55,322 bases of DNA, taken from IMG/VR virus record IMGVR_UViG_3300004225_000001, positions 1 through 55,322 of that record. One strand, written 5' to 3'. Below are positions 25,281 through 33,391 of the stretch, one piece after another; the first letter of the stretch is position 1; each line of letters starts with the position of its first letter. The notes under the pieces were generated by a model, which did no database searches, was not told the DNA's origin, and saw only the letters and a list, made by a program, of their open reading frames with translations. This DNA is from a virus. Taxonomy: Duplodnaviria; Caudoviricetes. The position numbers and the translations under genes are program-made.

Positions 25281-25313
25281 AAAAAAAGGGGCGGAAGTTG
25301 CCCGCCGCCCCTT
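25281..25313 (-). terminator. Rho-independent terminator after the capsid and decoration genes
   Basis: Minus strand AAGGGGCGG-cgggcaact-tCCGCCCC-TTTTTTT. Confidence 0.8.
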
Positions 25314-25346
25314 CAAGCTGCTTGCGCAGCGCACTGAGACACCCCG

Positions 25347-25814
25347 TCAAATCGACCGATAGAAAAGTGTCACGCCGAGCGTCCCGGCGGCAGCCGTGGT
25401 GGGCGCAGTGGCCACTTTCACGCCCACCTTGCGGTCGGAATTCGTCGCTTGCACGCTCACCATGGCGATGCCATTGGGCGTCAGACGCTGGTGGAATGCT
25501 GCGTTGACCGCAGTGGTCGCGCCCCAATTGGCGCCGCCGTCTGCTGCGTCCGTCGAAAGATCGGTGACGCCTGCGTTGCAAATGCCCACTTGCAGCACCA
25601 TGGCCGCAGTGCTGGTGTCCATGTCGGTGCCATCCACGTGCACGTCCACGGGCACGCAGCCAGCGGGCAACCACATCACGGCGCCGGTCGTGTTGAGAGC
25701 CAGGTCGCCAGTCGCCATGGCGATGGTGGCGCGCACCGACAGCACTTCGCCGCCGGCCGGGTACGGCATCGGCTTGCGGCCCGTCAGATAGTCGTTGGAT
25801 TTGGTGAATGCCAT
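25347..25814 (-). CDS. Capsid decoration/cement protein (155 aa)
   Basis: Immediately after the major capsid gene; beta-rich; AAGGAG RBS. Confidence 0.7.
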   Translation of the reverse strand: MAFTKSNDYLTGRKPMPYPAGGEVLSVRATIAMATGDLALNTTGAVMWLPAGCVPVDVHVDGTDMDTSTAAMVLQVGICNAGVTDLSTDAADGGANWGATTAVNAAFHQRLTPNGIAMVSVQATNSDRKVGVKVATAPTTAAAGTLGVTLFYRSI

Positions 25815-25839
25815 GTCAGATACTCCTTATCGGTGTGGC

Positions 25840-26955
25840 TTATCGAGCGGCTGCGGCGGTGTCCAGCGCATAGGCGCCGAAGTCCTGCGCGCCCGCTGGC
25901 GTGGTGAACGTGACTTTCTTGACGCCGAAGATCGAGCTGGTCGTGATGACCACCTTGTCGCCGTTGTCTCGCGTCTCTTCGTGCCAGTCAAAGCGCAGAT
26001 TGGTGCCCGGCGATCCGAACGCCACCACAGCGGCCTGAGAGCCAAGGAACAGGGCGCGCGCAGCTTCCACATTCGCGCCTGCTCCAGCGTTGTTGAACCG
26101 GATGGCATTGCGGTGCGAGTGCAAGATGCAATTGCGGTACATGCCCATAGAGCCCTTGAAGATCGGGCTGTTCTTGCCTTCGGCGCCGGAAGCGGACTTC
26201 TGGATGTCCAGCCATTGGCCGGTCGCCGTCGAGCTGCGCAGGTCGTCTTCCTGGAACACGTGCATCACGCAGACGAAGGTTTCGGCGCCGTCAATCTTGC
26301 AGGGCTGCAGCACCGGAATGTCGGTGGCGCCGCCGCCCTGGCTGTCGGCCTTGGTCTTGGCGCGGTCGATCAACCGCAAGTCCATCTTGTCGCCGGAGTC
26401 GATGTTGTTGTACGCCGTGGCGTCGTTGCCGTACAGGCGGTGGTAGGCATCGGGCGTCACCAGCGCGTTGTTTGCACGGCCGGTGTAGCCAATGGGCAGC
26501 AGGAAGTTCTCGTTGATGCCGCGCTCACCACTGATGTAGATGAAAAGCAACTCGTCCATCAACCGCGCCCACCAGCTCGACTGCTGGCGCTTGGCTTTCT
26601 CGCGCAGATCGTGCAGCGTGCGCTTGCGCGTCATGCGCCCGCCCGTGTTCACGCCGGCACGTGCCTGATCAATGTAGATCTGGTCGGTGTAGAACTTCTG
26701 GCCTTCTTCCTTGCCTTCCAGAATGTCCTCGCCCTCGACGGGGGCCATCTTCAGCTCGGCCAGCAAGTCGTAACTGATCTGCTCGCCGGCGTCCGATTCG
26801 AGATCGGTAAGGATCTGGACCGGAACTTCCGCTTCGGCGCCACGCGCCATGAATTTGGAATTCCAGTAAGACTTGTGGCTGGTGTCGTAGGCCAGCATGC
26901 CAGCCCACTTCTTGACCGCTTTCGCGTCGTTCACCCCTACGATTGTCCGTGCCAT
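25840..26955 (-). CDS. Major capsid protein, N4-gp56/DUF4043 family (371 aa)
   Basis: TDLESDAGEQISYDLLAEL...VEGEDILEGKEE...IDQARAGV..GGRMTRKRT.HDLR; AAGGAG RBS. Confidence 0.9.
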   Translation of the reverse strand: MARTIVGVNDAKAVKKWAGMLAYDTSHKSYWNSKFMARGAEAEVPVQILTDLESDAGEQISYDLLAELKMAPVEGEDILEGKEEGQKFYTDQIYIDQARAGVNTGGRMTRKRTLHDLREKAKRQQSSWWARLMDELLFIYISGERGINENFLLPIGYTGRANNALVTPDAYHRLYGNDATAYNNIDSGDKMDLRLIDRAKTKADSQGGGATDIPVLQPCKIDGAETFVCVMHVFQEDDLRSSTATGQWLDIQKSASGAEGKNSPIFKGSMGMYRNCILHSHRNAIRFNNAGAGANVEAARALFLGSQAAVVAFGSPGTNLRFDWHEETRDNGDKVVITTSSIFGVKKVTFTTPAGAQDFGAYALDTAAAAR

Positions 26956-27021
26956 ACGAAATACTCCTTAAAAGTTGGTACTTTTTCGGAGCACCTCATG
27001 CGCTCACGTTGCAATAGCTTT

Positions 27022-27222
27022 TCAGCTAGGACTCAAGGCTGCCATGCTTGGCACGACCTCCACATCGCCGCTTTCATGTTTTTTGATGCGCACCTGGCGC
27101 GGTGCACTCACGCGCAGGCGCGACTGCAGGCCGCTCTTGTAGATCAGCTGCACCACCACGTCATCGCCGACGCAGATGCGCTCTCCCACCTTCACGTCGA
27201 GGATCACGCTGGTCTTGTGCAT
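27022..27222 (-). CDS. Divergent CsrA/RsmA-fold protein (66 aa)
   Basis: ILDVKVGERICVGDDVVVQLIYKSGLQSRLRVSAPRQVRI aligns without gaps to the CsrA pattern LILTRRVGE.L.IGD.V.V.V....G.QVR.GV.AP..V.V. Confidence 0.7.
   Translation of the reverse strand: MHKTSVILDVKVGERICVGDDVVVQLIYKSGLQSRLRVSAPRQVRIKKHESGDVEVVPSMAALSPS
27040..27055 (-). promoter_or_regulatory. Late-gene 16-bp motif, copy 3 (upstream of the capsid gene)
   Basis: TGCCATGCTTGGCACG inside the 3' end of the CsrA-like gene. Confidence 0.75.
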
Positions 27223-28157
27223 CAGCTGTCCCGCATGAACTTCGCACGCTGCGTGGGCGTCATGGCTGCAATGGCGTCCTCGTATTCCTGGCCATCCAGC
27301 GCCAGCACACCAGAGAACTCGCCCTCAACGTCGCCGGGGCCGTCGCCGCCTGGCACTTGCGCCAGGGTTTTGGGCGCGCCAGACACCGGCGGTTGCCGCT
27401 TCGCCTTGGCTGCGGCAATGGCGTCCGCTGCGCTGGGCTTGGCCGGAGCCACGCCGTGCAGCGCCAGCACGCGCTTGTGCGCCTCGGACAAAAACCAATC
27501 CATCGGCTTGTCGCTGTGCTCTTCTTTGGCGGCGAGCACGCGCACGAACTGGTCCCAGTCAGCGGCCTTCGCCGCATCCTTGCGGTAGTCGATGCCGCCA
27601 TCCTTGGCAGCGGTGCGCACGAACGAATTGATGGCCGTCTGCCACGCCGACTGCGCCGACTGCTCTGTCATTTCGACCGAGACTTCATGCTTTGCGCGGG
27701 CCACCAACAGCTGCTCGCGTTGTTCGCCCAGGGCGCTCAGGCCAACATCGCGCTCGTCGATGTCGATCTCACCGTCCTTGTACTTCTGGCGCAGATCGGC
27801 GTCTCTCGCCTTGATGGCCTGGATCTGTGCCTCGTAGTCGCCGGGCAGCTGCGCGCGGTACTGCGGGGCAAAGGCAGGCGCCTGCGGCTCGTCGGAATTC
27901 TGATCGTCTGCGGAGGCGCCGGCTGAGGCGTCTGCGGCAGCCGTGGCGTCTGCGGCACCAGCGGCAGGAGCAGTGTCCGCGGCAGGAGTGGCAGAAGATC
28001 CGCCATCGACGTCATCGTCGTCGTCGTCGTCGTTGCCACCAGATGCGGCGATTTTCTCCATCGCCATGCGCGTGTCGGCATCGACATCGTCGTCGGCCAT
28101 GGCGGCGCGTTCTTCGTCGGTCAGGGTGTCCAGTAGGGACTCGTCAAGCGTACTCAT
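27222..28157 (-). CDS. Capsid scaffolding protein (311 aa)
   Basis: Very acidic N-terminus and coiled coil; directly upstream of the capsid gene; AAGGAG RBS. Confidence 0.8.
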   Translation of the reverse strand: MSTLDESLLDTLTDEERAAMADDDVDADTRMAMEKIAASGGNDDDDDDDVDGGSSATPAADTAPAAGAADATAAADASAGASADDQNSDEPQAPAFAPQYRAQLPGDYEAQIQAIKARDADLRQKYKDGEIDIDERDVGLSALGEQREQLLVARAKHEVSVEMTEQSAQSAWQTAINSFVRTAAKDGGIDYRKDAAKAADWDQFVRVLAAKEEHSDKPMDWFLSEAHKRVLALHGVAPAKPSAADAIAAAKAKRQPPVSGAPKTLAQVPGGDGPGDVEGEFSGVLALDGQEYEDAIAAMTPTQRAKFMRDS

Positions 28158-28184
28158 GCGCGCTGCTCCTTCGGGGTTGAAAAA

Positions 28185-28376
28185 TCAGGATTCGTCGGAT
28201 GCGACTTTCGCCACTTCCAGCATTTTTTTCTGGGCCAGCTTGCGGACCTTGGCCAGACGCTTGGGGTCGCCCTCGATCTTTTCCGCTTCGATCATGGTTT
28301 CGAGGTCGCGCTGGGCGGCCCAGTCGTCCTCGGAACTAGACAAGATGCCGAGGGTGGTGCGCTTGTTCTTGGCCAT
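28185..28376 (-). CDS. Small helical head-region protein (63 aa)
   Basis: GGAG RBS before MAKNK; DW.A..DL.T..EAE.I..DPKRL motif. Confidence 0.75.
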   Translation of the reverse strand: MAKNKRTTLGILSSSEDDWAAQRDLETMIEAEKIEGDPKRLAKVRKLAQKKMLEVAKVASDES

Positions 28377-28381
28377 GGTGG

Positions 28382-28936
28382 CTACTCCGGTTTGGGTGTT
28401 GGTAAATCTGCCATGCTTGCCACGCTGGGCCATGCGGAAATCAGGGTTTTGACGTCGGAAGAATGCCCGTCAGCCGCTTGCGCCACGCTTTGATATCGTC
28501 GGCTGCACTGATCGAGTAACTCGTTGGCGGCAATGGCGTACTCACGGATGGCGCTGGCGGGAGTTGCAGCGTCGGCGAGCTGGCGGGCGGCGAATAGGGT
28601 TTGCTCGCGCATCCCATCAGACTCAGCGCGAGCAGCAGCAGCGTCGCGACGATGAAAATCAGCTTGTTTGCGTGCTTCATTGAGGGCTCCTTGGTACTTG
28701 GTGGCGATCTGTGATTGTTGGGATCGCAGGGCGTCCATGGCTTTTGCGGAGGCCTCGGATACCTTCGTTCGGTCCTCGGCCCGCCCCGTTTTCTCGGTCG
28801 CAAGGGCCACCTCGGCCTTGTCCGCCCTGCGCTCGGCCTTGTTCAGCGCCCCATGTGTAAAAAACAGCGCAATCGCTAACACAAGGCACGCCGCGCCCGC
28901 GACGTATGAAAGAATCTTGTCAGTCAGTCCGAACAT
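28382..28936 (-). CDS. Rz: Inner-membrane spanin (184 aa)
   Basis: GGAGG RBS; N-terminal TM helix then long Ala-rich coiled coil; contains an embedded lipoprotein gene. Confidence 0.85.
   Translation of the reverse strand: MFGLTDKILSYVAGAACLVLAIALFFTHGALNKAERRADKAEVALATEKTGRAEDRTKVSEASAKAMDALRSQQSQIATKYQGALNEARKQADFHRRDAAAARAESDGMREQTLFAARQLADAATPASAIREYAIAANELLDQCSRRYQSVAQAADGHSSDVKTLISAWPSVASMADLPTPKPE
28409..28424 (-). promoter_or_regulatory. Late-gene 16-bp motif, copy 4 (upstream of the scaffold block)
   Basis: TGCCATGCTTGCCACG inside the 3' end of the i-spanin gene. Confidence 0.75.
28441..28680 (-). CDS. Rz1: Outer-membrane spanin lipoprotein embedded in Rz (79 aa)
   Basis: AAGGAG RBS; signal peptide MKHANKLIFIVATLLLLALSLMG/C (lipobox); Pro-rich mature part. 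Confidence 0.85.
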   Translation of the reverse strand: MKHANKLIFIVATLLLLALSLMGCASKPYSPPASSPTLQLPPAPSVSTPLPPTSYSISAADDIKAWRKRLTGILPTSKP

Positions 28937-28986
28937 TTCGGCCACCTCCACCAGTAGAAAAGCATTGCGATCAGGATCGGATTCAT
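28924..28986 (-). CDS. 20-aa hydrophobic micropeptide in the lysis cassette
   Basis: GGAGG RBS; ATGA overlap with the endolysin stop; MNPILIAMLFYWWRWPKCSD. Confidence 0.45.
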   Translation of the reverse strand: MNPILIAMLFYWWRWPKCSD

Positions 28987-29594
28987 GGCTTTGCCTCCGC
29001 AACCAAGTTCGATGGAAAGTGCCCATCGCGCCCCCACTCCGCGCACAGCTCGCGCGTGGTGTCGCGGCGAATAACCAGGCCGGGCAGACGCACCTTTTGC
29101 CCGCCCACAGTGCCGTACACCCAGCGCGGCATCTGCATGCACGCGCCCACCAGGTCGCCGGCATTGGCTTTGGCCTGCAGCGTGGTGCCGATGAGCGCCG
29201 ACGGCACGTTGTAGGCCACATCCAGGAAGCTCGCGCGGACAAACACGTTGTACTTTTCCCAGTTGCCGAGGTTGGCCCGCGCAATGGTCAAAGACTCGCG
29301 GTACATCGCGGTTTCCAGCCGCTCGCAATCCGCTGGCGTGTAGTACCTGCTCGGCACCACGGCGGGGCCTGTTACCCCTGCGCATACAGTCCAAGGCTGC
29401 CCCTTGCCCGCGCGGTCGATGTATGGTTTGCCAATGTGGCGCCCGCTGCTCTCGTAGTAGCTGCCGACCTCGCGGGCAATCTGGATCGCTGCGTCGTCTG
29501 TGCGGCCTTGCTCGCCTGTTTGGTACACGCCAGCGCCGGCCACCGTCGCAGCCGCAGCCACGGCGAGCAGGCGGTTGCGCAGGGCTGCGTTCAT
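28983..29594 (-). CDS. SAR endolysin, GH24 lysozyme (203 aa)
   Basis: Weakly hydrophobic N-terminus LLAVAAAATVAGAGV; E...PYID....WTVCAGVT catalytic region; RWVY...LPGLVIRR. Confidence 0.88.
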   Translation of the reverse strand: MNAALRNRLLAVAAAATVAGAGVYQTGEQGRTDDAAIQIAREVGSYYESSGRHIGKPYIDRAGKGQPWTVCAGVTGPAVVPSRYYTPADCERLETAMYRESLTIARANLGNWEKYNVFVRASFLDVAYNVPSALIGTTLQAKANAGDLVGACMQMPRWVYGTVGGQKVRLPGLVIRRDTTRELCAEWGRDGHFPSNLVAEAKP

Positions 29595-29860
29595 TCATCA
29601 ACCCCAAGATCACCCAAGTCACTCTCCATTTGCCGCTTGCTTCGCAGCAATTCGACGCGCAACTCGTGCTCTGCCTCCTGCCTTCGGTTAGATTTTGCGC
29701 GGTAGTGCCAGTTCACCAGAACGCCTGCGAGCGCAAGTGCAAGGCCGGCAAGGCTCACAAACTGCGCCGACGTAATCCAGCCCAAAACAGTAAGCCCCGC
29801 CCCGGTCCCGGTGGCCCGATTCCCGATACTTGCGAGCGCATCGATAGTTTCAGTCTTCAC
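29591..29860 (-). CDS. Holin (2 TM, 89 aa)
   Basis: TGTGAGLTVLGWIT and LAGLALALAGVLVNWHYR with a charged tail; directly upstream of the endolysin; GTG start. Confidence 0.85.
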   Translation of the reverse strand: MKTETIDALASIGNRATGTGAGLTVLGWITSAQFVSLAGLALALAGVLVNWHYRAKSNRRQEAEHELRVELLRSKRQMESDLGDLGVDE

Positions 29861-32193
29861 TTCATTACTCCCGCATCAACACTGGCCGACAATTCATCGA
29901 TCCTCTGCCGCATCACGGCGATGCGCTCATTGCTCTCGGCCATGATTTCCGCCACTTGCTTGCGCCCCTCGGCCTGAATCCGCGCCTCTTCCAGGCGGGA
30001 ATCGGCGTCCGTGCGGGTCTTGAGTGCCTGGCCCTGCGCGGCGGACGTCACCTTGCGCAGTTGCTCTGTCAGGCGGTCAATTTCTGCGCTCGCTTGCTGC
30101 CGCACCTGGTTGGCCAGGTCTTGGGCTTGCGCCTGGGCTTGCCCGCCGCCCTGTGCGTCGGCTTCGAGCTTCGCGGCCTTGGCATTGAGCTCGCGCACCT
30201 TGGCCTGCTGCTCCTGCAGTGCGCCGATGGCCTGCTGGCGCGCCATTTCGGTGGCTTCCTGCTGCTGCTGCTGCTGCTGCTGCATTTGCTGCTGCTCTTC
30301 CGGCGTCGGCTCCTTGCTCGGGTCTCGGTCGCCAGTCAGCTTGCGAATCTGCTGGGCGATCTCGTCCTTGTTCGGCAGATCCGAGAACTCCATCGCCATG
30401 GTCAACAGGCGCAATGCCACCTCGGGCGGCAGGCGCCCGGCCATTTGGTTCAGCGACTCGAACATCACCTGGCGCAGCGTTCCGCTGTAGTCGGCTTCGG
30501 ACACCACAAAATCAGCCATGCTGGCGGTGATGTCGTTGATGAACCGGACGGACCCGTCGGGCTGCACTTCGGGCTGGTTGAGCTTGACCCACTCAATGGC
30601 GTTCTTTGCGCCCGTCAGGCGCACCACCTTTTCCTCGGTCATGAACTGCTCGGCCAGGCTCAGCTGCTTCTCACCGTGGATCTGCGTGGCCAGGCGCAGG
30701 TTATCGAACAGCTCGGTAGTGACCACGGAGCCCTGCAGCTGGCGCGCCTTGATGGCTTCGCCCGATACGGCATTGGTCTGGCGCCCCATGTTCTCCTGCG
30801 AGACGCCGGCAGACTTCTGAATCGCCTGAGCGTTCAGCGTCATCATTTGGATCTGGCCCACGGCGGCCTCGGAATCCCGGCGAATCGTGACTTCCTTGCC
30901 CGCCTTCTTGATGATCAGTCCGTCCGGCGCCGCAGCCTCTTCGCGCAGGTTCTCCCAGTCGTCGGTAGCGCCCTCGTCGGCGATCACCTGGTTTGTCGAC
31001 ATCAGCCAATTGGCTTTCGACGCGCGCTTGTTCAGGTCTTGCTGAATGTCGCGCACCCGGCGAATTGGCCCGTATGGCAAGCGGTCCCGCCCGCGCCGGT
31101 AGGCCCAGACGGGCGTCAAGCTGAAGCGGTTGTGGCGAAAAATGCTCGGGCCGATGCTCAGCAAGTGCGCCTCGGTGAACACCGCCACATGCACGCGCAT
31201 CATGATCTTGTCGATGATGGTGCCGCCGACCGTGCCCAGCGCATTGGCCAGCGCACCATCACGCTCGTCGTAGAAAGCGCCCTTCATTGGGCCGCTGCCC
31301 ACAATCTTGGATTGGGTGGGCTTCCTGAACTGGCATTCAATCAGCTTCACGCGCCTGCGCTTGGCGTCAATCCCGATGCCGACCCCGCTGGCGCGCAGCG
31401 TGCCAGACTTGGTGATATTCATCAGCTCGTCGGTGGTGTACCAGGTGTCCTCTTCCGAGTCGGCCAGATTGAATTGCGTGTCGTTCACCGCCTGGCGGAT
31501 CTGCTTCTCGCGGTCCGGGAACATCATCACGGCGATATCCTCGTCCACCCAGCGCCAGCGGAACAGGTAGCGCGCATCGCTCAGGTCCAGCTCGTAGCTG
31601 GCAGAATCCCACAGCACATTGCGCCAGTCCTCGGTGCGGTTGTAGATGGCCTCGGCAGTCGGGTCATCGCGCACACCGTCGTCGATCCAGCCGACGCCTG
31701 CCTTCATGGCCTCACTGAATGCCTTGGAGCGGTTGAACTGCACCCGGTTGACGTCGCTCAGGTACTTGAGCGTCTTGGTCTTGACGTCGGCCAACTCCAC
31801 ATCGTCCTCGGTACGCGGCATCACGCGCCAGTCGACGCGGGTTCTGCGCTCGGTGCCGATGATCCAGTCGATCATCGGTGCCACTTCGTTGAACACCAGC
31901 GGCATTTGGCCCCGGTCGCGCAGCACCTGCGCGTCGGCCGGGTCCCACTGCAGGTTGTCGTAGAAGTCCGCGTCCATCGCCATTTCCAGACGATTGGCGG
32001 CCTGCTTGTCTTTTTCGTAGTAGTACCACTCCAGCAGCTTACGCAGCTGGTTGCGGCCCTCTTCACTATCCAGCGGGTTTTCATCCAGCACGGACAAATC
32101 GCGCGCTTCGGACTCCATCGTCTCAGCCTGACGGGCGTAGTAGTCCTCCCCTGGCGCGGTGTTGCGTCGCACGCGCGGATCGAACTCAGGCAT
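29857..32193 (-). CDS. Portal protein, P22-like podovirus type (778 aa)
   Basis: DFYDNLQW...L..RGQ.PL.FN...P.IDW..GTE; YELDLSDARY; Gln-rich C-terminal barrel. Confidence 0.9.
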   Translation of the reverse strand: MPEFDPRVRRNTAPGEDYYARQAETMESEARDLSVLDENPLDSEEGRNQLRKLLEWYYYEKDKQAANRLEMAMDADFYDNLQWDPADAQVLRDRGQMPLVFNEVAPMIDWIIGTERRTRVDWRVMPRTEDDVELADVKTKTLKYLSDVNRVQFNRSKAFSEAMKAGVGWIDDGVRDDPTAEAIYNRTEDWRNVLWDSASYELDLSDARYLFRWRWVDEDIAVMMFPDREKQIRQAVNDTQFNLADSEEDTWYTTDELMNITKSGTLRASGVGIGIDAKRRRVKLIECQFRKPTQSKIVGSGPMKGAFYDERDGALANALGTVGGTIIDKIMMRVHVAVFTEAHLLSIGPSIFRHNRFSLTPVWAYRRGRDRLPYGPIRRVRDIQQDLNKRASKANWLMSTNQVIADEGATDDWENLREEAAAPDGLIIKKAGKEVTIRRDSEAAVGQIQMMTLNAQAIQKSAGVSQENMGRQTNAVSGEAIKARQLQGSVVTTELFDNLRLATQIHGEKQLSLAEQFMTEEKVVRLTGAKNAIEWVKLNQPEVQPDGSVRFINDITASMADFVVSEADYSGTLRQVMFESLNQMAGRLPPEVALRLLTMAMEFSDLPNKDEIAQQIRKLTGDRDPSKEPTPEEQQQMQQQQQQQQEATEMARQQAIGALQEQQAKVRELNAKAAKLEADAQGGGQAQAQAQDLANQVRQQASAEIDRLTEQLRKVTSAAQGQALKTRTDADSRLEEARIQAEGRKQVAEIMAESNERIAVMRQRIDELSASVDAGVMK

Positions 32194-32620
32194 ATTCGAT
32201 CCCGTCCTTTTCAATTCGCACGTCCTGGCTGGCCAGTTGCACGCCATCGGCGCTCAGGATGGTCGAGCCGTAGCTGCCGCGCAGCAATTCCTTGTCCGGC
32301 GAATGCGGCATGCGCACCAAGTCCGGTAGGCCTTCGTGAATGATGGTGGCCAGCTTCACCCAGGCCACGGTCGAGGCGTCCAGGCCCAGCACCTCGGATG
32401 CCTTCTTTGCAGTGTGGGCCAGCTGGATCGGGTCATCGTAGGCGTGCGCGTTGCGCTCGAGCACGATGTAGAGCGGAGCGCCCGGCAGGAATGGGTTTCC
32501 GGCCCGGTACGTGGCGGCCAGCACCAGCGCACGCTCGTCGTTCACCCAGGTGTAAATCGCCGTCACGTCGCCGTGAACACGGGTCAAATGCGCCTTGGCG
32601 GTGTCAATCGAAACGGACAT
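32186..32620 (-). CDS. Hypothetical protein preceding the portal (144 aa)
   Basis: Start MSVSIDTAKAH downstream of late motif copy 5; 8-nt overlap with the portal start. Confidence 0.75.
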   Translation of the reverse strand: MSVSIDTAKAHLTRVHGDVTAIYTWVNDERALVLAATYRAGNPFLPGAPLYIVLERNAHAYDDPIQLAHTAKKASEVLGLDASTVAWVKLATIIHEGLPDLVRMPHSPDKELLRGSYGSTILSADGVQLASQDVRIEKDGIEYA

Positions 32621-32651
32621 GTCGGCCCCAGAGTTGTCTGGGCGCCTACGG

Positions 32652-32667
32652 TGCCATGCTTGGCACG
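32652..32667 (-). promoter_or_regulatory. Late-gene 16-bp motif, copy 5 (upstream of the portal block)
   Basis: TGCCATGCTTGGCACG, intergenic. Confidence 0.75.
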
Positions 32668-32698
32668 CTTTCCAACTGTCCGGAACTTCCGGATGGTT

Positions 32699-32831
32699 GC
32701 CATCACAGAGCAGGGCTGGCGGTGAATCCCCAGCTTCTTTCCACGCTCGCAGGCTTTGGCCACTTTGTAAAAAGTCACTCCCCGCGTCCGCTTGCGCATC
32801 ACCACTGCGCAATTCACTGCTCTGTGATGGC
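32699..32831 (-). ncRNA. C4-antisense-like cloverleaf structured RNA
   Basis: Perfect 15-bp closing stem (32699-32713/32817-32831); TTGCGCA-gtggtga-TGCGCAA arm; GCTGG-ggattcaccg-CCAGC arm; loops GGTGA and TCACC are complementary. Confidence 0.7.
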
Positions 32832-32853
32832 CCTCTTGCGAGGGCTCAGGCGA

Positions 32854-33369
32854 TCAGGCCGGGCGCGCTGGCCTTGGCACACCGGCAAGGTCGGCGGCAG
32901 CATCGGCCTCAGTCAGCACTGGGCGGGCCAACTCATCACGCAGGCGGAAGCCCAACAGCGGCCAGATTTTTTGCACGGCATTGGAGCGCGCCACCTTGCG
33001 GCCAATCTCGGCATTGAAGTTCTCTGGGCTGGCACAGGCGCTCTCTCCCGTGACCGTGAAGCCATTGCGCAGCACTAGGACGCAGAAGGTGAGTAGGCCC
33101 AGCGACGGGATGCCGATATCGCCGAAGTTGCGCGGGTTATGCGCCGCGTGGTGCGCGGCGCCCTGCGCAGCCGTGAAATAGTGCTCACTGGCAATCTCGG
33201 CCTCGATGTCCGCTGGCGTCACACGCGGCGCCTTGCTGGCCTTGGCCTGGATCTCGCGCTCAAAGGATTCGGGGCCGTGGTCGATGGCATCAATCGCCAC
33301 CACGCCGAACTTCTCGGGATAAGCGTTGAAGGCATCCGTGGGGATGTTGCTGTTGATTACTTGGGTCAT
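32854..33369 (-). CDS. Gp49-family phage protein (N4 gp49/Sf6 gp66 type, 171 aa)
   Basis: PRVTPADIEAEI...LTFCVLVLRNGFTVTGESACASPENFNAEIGRKVAR.NAV.KIWPLLG; CAGGAG RBS. Confidence 0.85.
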   Translation of the reverse strand: MTQVINSNIPTDAFNAYPEKFGVVAIDAIDHGPESFEREIQAKASKAPRVTPADIEAEIASEHYFTAAQGAAHHAAHNPRNFGDIGIPSLGLLTFCVLVLRNGFTVTGESACASPENFNAEIGRKVARSNAVQKIWPLLGFRLRDELARPVLTEADAAADLAGVPRPARPA

Positions 33370-33391
33370 GGTCGTCTCCTGTTGAAAATCC

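Noticed and set aside
30259-30282. (CTG)8 tract as a phase-variation switch
   Set aside because: In-frame triplet repeat encoding poly-Gln in the portal barrel; slippage would not change the frame
29956-32343. Very long antisense ORFs (795 aa here; also 25795-27588, 44730-46643, 11515-12855, 8699-9841)
   Set aside because: They mirror well-supported genes codon for codon, lack RBSs and have the composition expected of high-GC shadow frames
11133-32667. Reading the late 16-bp motif as a sigma54 promoter
   Set aside because: It contains TGGCA, but GG-N10-GC spacing holds in only one of five copies and no TTGC -12 element is conserved
32584-32817. 77-aa ORF and the 5' extension of the 32186 ORF across the structured region
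   Set aside because: No RBS; the region is better explained by the cloverleaf RNA, the palindrome and the late motif
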